Source: Akkermansia muciniphila (GTDB lineage Bacteria > Actinomycetota > Coriobacteriia > Coriobacteriales > QAMH01). Taken from it: a stretch of 37,309 bases of DNA. The stretch spans positions 14,621-51,929 of the forward strand of contig CAVCDT010000002.1 of assembly GCA_963600995.1 (NCBI GenBank), given 5' to 3'. The notes beneath the pieces were generated by a model. It was given only the letters and a program-made list of their open reading frames with translations. It ran no database searches and was not told the DNA's origin. Position numbers and translations under genes: made by a program. Shown here piece by piece: positions 36,028 through 37,309 of this stretch (position 1 is its first letter; each line of letters begins with the position of its first letter).

Positions 36028-36609
36028 ATGACATTGGAAGACAAGGAGATCGTAGATCTGTACTGGGCTCGTTTGGAGCAGGCGATTGTCGAATCCAAAA
36101 GCAAATACGGTGCCTGCTGCAGGGGAATCGCGTATCGAATTTTGCAGAACAACGAGGATGCAGATGAATGTGAGAACGATACGTATCTTCGCGCTTGGAA
36201 TGCCATGCCTCCCAGCCGTCCAAAGTTCTTGGGCGCTTTCTTATCGCGTATCGCTAGGAACATCTCCATCGATCTGTATGAGAAGAGGAGGGCTGCCAAG
36301 AGAGGTGGTGGGCAAACCTCGCTTGTTCTCCACGAGCTTGAAGAGTGCATACCCGATGTCGGGCTCCGAGCGGAGGATGATATCGACAGTTGCGGCTTGT
36401 CGAACAGCCTCGACTTGTTTCTTGGGGGCCTTTCAAAAGAGGCGCGTATTTTCTTTATCCAACGTTACTGGATGAGCTGCTCTATTGCAGAGATCGCAAT
36501 CAAGAACAATGCTAGCGAAGGCAAGGTCAAGATGAGCCTGCATAGGACTCGCCGTGCTTTGAGAAAGCACCTCGCCGAAGGGAGCGATGGATATGAAATC
36601 GCAAGCTGA
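36028..36609 (+). CDS. ECF-type sigma-70 family RNA polymerase sigma factor
   Basis: The region 2 motif is DADECENDTYLRAWNAMPP ... FLSRIARNISIDLY. The region 4 HTH is CSIAEIAIKNNASEGKVKMSLHRTRRALRKHL. ATG 36028 follows GGGAGG. The upstream TTG/ATG options in the ORF track lack an SD. Confidence 0.85.
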   Translation: MTLEDKEIVDLYWARLEQAIVESKSKYGACCRGIAYRILQNNEDADECENDTYLRAWNAMPPSRPKFLGAFLSRIARNISIDLYEKRRAAKRGGGQTSLVLHELEECIPDVGLRAEDDIDSCGLSNSLDLFLGGLSKEARIFFIQRYWMSCSIAEIAIKNNASEGKVKMSLHRTRRALRKHLAEGSDGYEIAS

Positions 36610-37198
36610 TGGCGCCTGGCTGCTCTACAAAGCAATGGGTGATATAGACGAGAGATATATCGCAGAGGCAATGCAAGGCCTGAATTCTGGGAAAGAGGCA
36701 AAGCAATCATCGAGAAGCGCAAAGAGCAAGATCGTGAAGTTCCTGCCACGTGCGCTTCTGGTTGCGGCTTTGTTTGTCTTGCCGGCAAGCGCGGTGGGGG
36801 ATAGCTCCCTGCTTGACACGGTGAGAGCGAAGACGGCTGCTATTAATCTGAGTGATGAAGAGCTGCAAGAAATATGCGACGATCTTGCGCTGCAGCATAT
36901 AACGCCAGGGATATTGGCCAGGCTCGAGCCTCTGGAGAGAAACGGCGATGGCTTGGTCTGCGGGTTTGGCTCCCCTGTGACGGATTTGGCCGTCACTTTA
37001 ACCGATGAAGGAGAAGCGGGCTATTCGTACTACAAGGATTGGTGGGGCAAAGCCGACGACCCGCCTGATGTGAAGTATTACAAGCTCACCCATACACGTA
37101 AACTGCCGGTGTACAAAAAGGACGGCAAGACGCTTATAGGGTTCTTTACGATGGGCTGGCTTTGGCCGCCGGAGACCCCGCATATCGGGATGAGATAG
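36587..37198 (+). CDS. Putative single-pass anti-sigma factor (203 aa), extracytoplasmic domain of unknown family
   Basis: The start overlaps the sigma gene by 23 nt and is preceded by GAAGGGAG. The N-terminal cytoplasmic motif is AMGDIDERYIAEAM, followed by a K/S-rich stretch, one TM helix (FLPRALLVAALFVLPASAV) and a ~125-aa external domain. The anti-sigma role is inferred from position and topology only. Confidence 0.6.
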   Translation: MDMKSQADGAWLLYKAMGDIDERYIAEAMQGLNSGKEAKQSSRSAKSKIVKFLPRALLVAALFVLPASAVGDSSLLDTVRAKTAAINLSDEELQEICDDLALQHITPGILARLEPLERNGDGLVCGFGSPVTDLAVTLTDEGEAGYSYYKDWWGKADDPPDVKYYKLTHTRKLPVYKKDGKTLIGFFTMGWLWPPETPHIGMR

Positions 37199-37213
37199 TA
37201 CGGCGATAGGGAA

Positions 37214-37245
37214 GCCCCGCTCTCGAGGACGATGGAGAGCGGGGC
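37214..37245 (+). terminator. GC-rich hairpin after the anti-sigma gene, at the right edge of the low-GC islet
   Basis: GCCCCGCTCTC (37214-24) pairs with GAGAGCGGGGC (37235-45): a perfect 11-bp stem with a 10-nt loop and no T-tract. Confidence 0.45.
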
Positions 37246-37309
37246 CTTGGCTTGCTATGGCGGAGATGCGTGCGAATCGAACACACCCGAGACGTTCTGC
37301 GCGCCTCAC

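Noticed and set aside
34630-37200. Low-GC islet considered as a prophage remnant, an IS or an integrative element.
   Set aside because: No integrase, transposase, phage structural gene, terminal inverted repeats, flanking direct repeats or adjacent tRNA was seen. Only the compositional shift supports foreign origin, so it is reported as a candidate acquired cassette, not a mobile element.
36998-37309. 103-aa minus-strand ORF at the right edge of the window.
   Set aside because: It overlaps the 3' end of the anti-sigma gene and its hairpin. It is Arg/Pro-rich without motifs or an SD. The portion beyond 37245 is too short to judge, so a real gene may begin outside the window.

Overview
This is a 37.3-kb high-GC chromosomal segment; sampled 60-nt coding lines hold about 60-67% G+C. 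Gene content and synteny (glmS ... alr-tsaE-tsaB-rimI-tsaD, then tilS-hpt-ftsH-folE-folP-folK, and an L27 with no propeptide) suggest a monoderm actinobacterium, plausibly Coriobacteriia-like. That assignment is inference only. The window has three blocks. (1) nt 2-16577 holds two tandem same-strand giant surface-protein genes. Both are built from GLUG-type solenoid modules, beta-sandwich domains and helical repeats. The first is cut by the window edge; the second has a signal peptide and an N-terminal subtilisin (S8) protease. (2) 16.9-34.6 kb is housekeeping, all on the + strand. It contains rplU-rpmA, glmS-acpS-nnrD-(alr-like)-udg-tsaE, a membrane-anchored J-domain protein, an orphan HlyD-type adaptor, a tsaB-rimI-tsaD triple fusion overlapping tilS, hpt-ftsH, folE, and a folP-folK fusion. 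(3) 34.6-37.2 kb is a low-GC islet. It carries an ECF sigma/anti-sigma pair facing a divergently transcribed small membrane protein and a lipoprotein of no family I recognise. I saw no rRNA, tRNA, CRISPR array, transposase or integrase, and no recognisable defence-system enzyme. I cannot name one clear-cut new system. The best follow-up candidates are: the alanine-racemase-fold protein with its catalytic residues replaced; the giant GLUG/S8 surface-protein pair, which lacks a recognisable wall anchor and is compositionally mosaic; the low-GC ECF islet; the TsaB-RimI-TsaD fusion; and the J-domain/HlyD pair that interrupts the t6A gene cluster. All family names come from motif recognition by eye. 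No searches were run.
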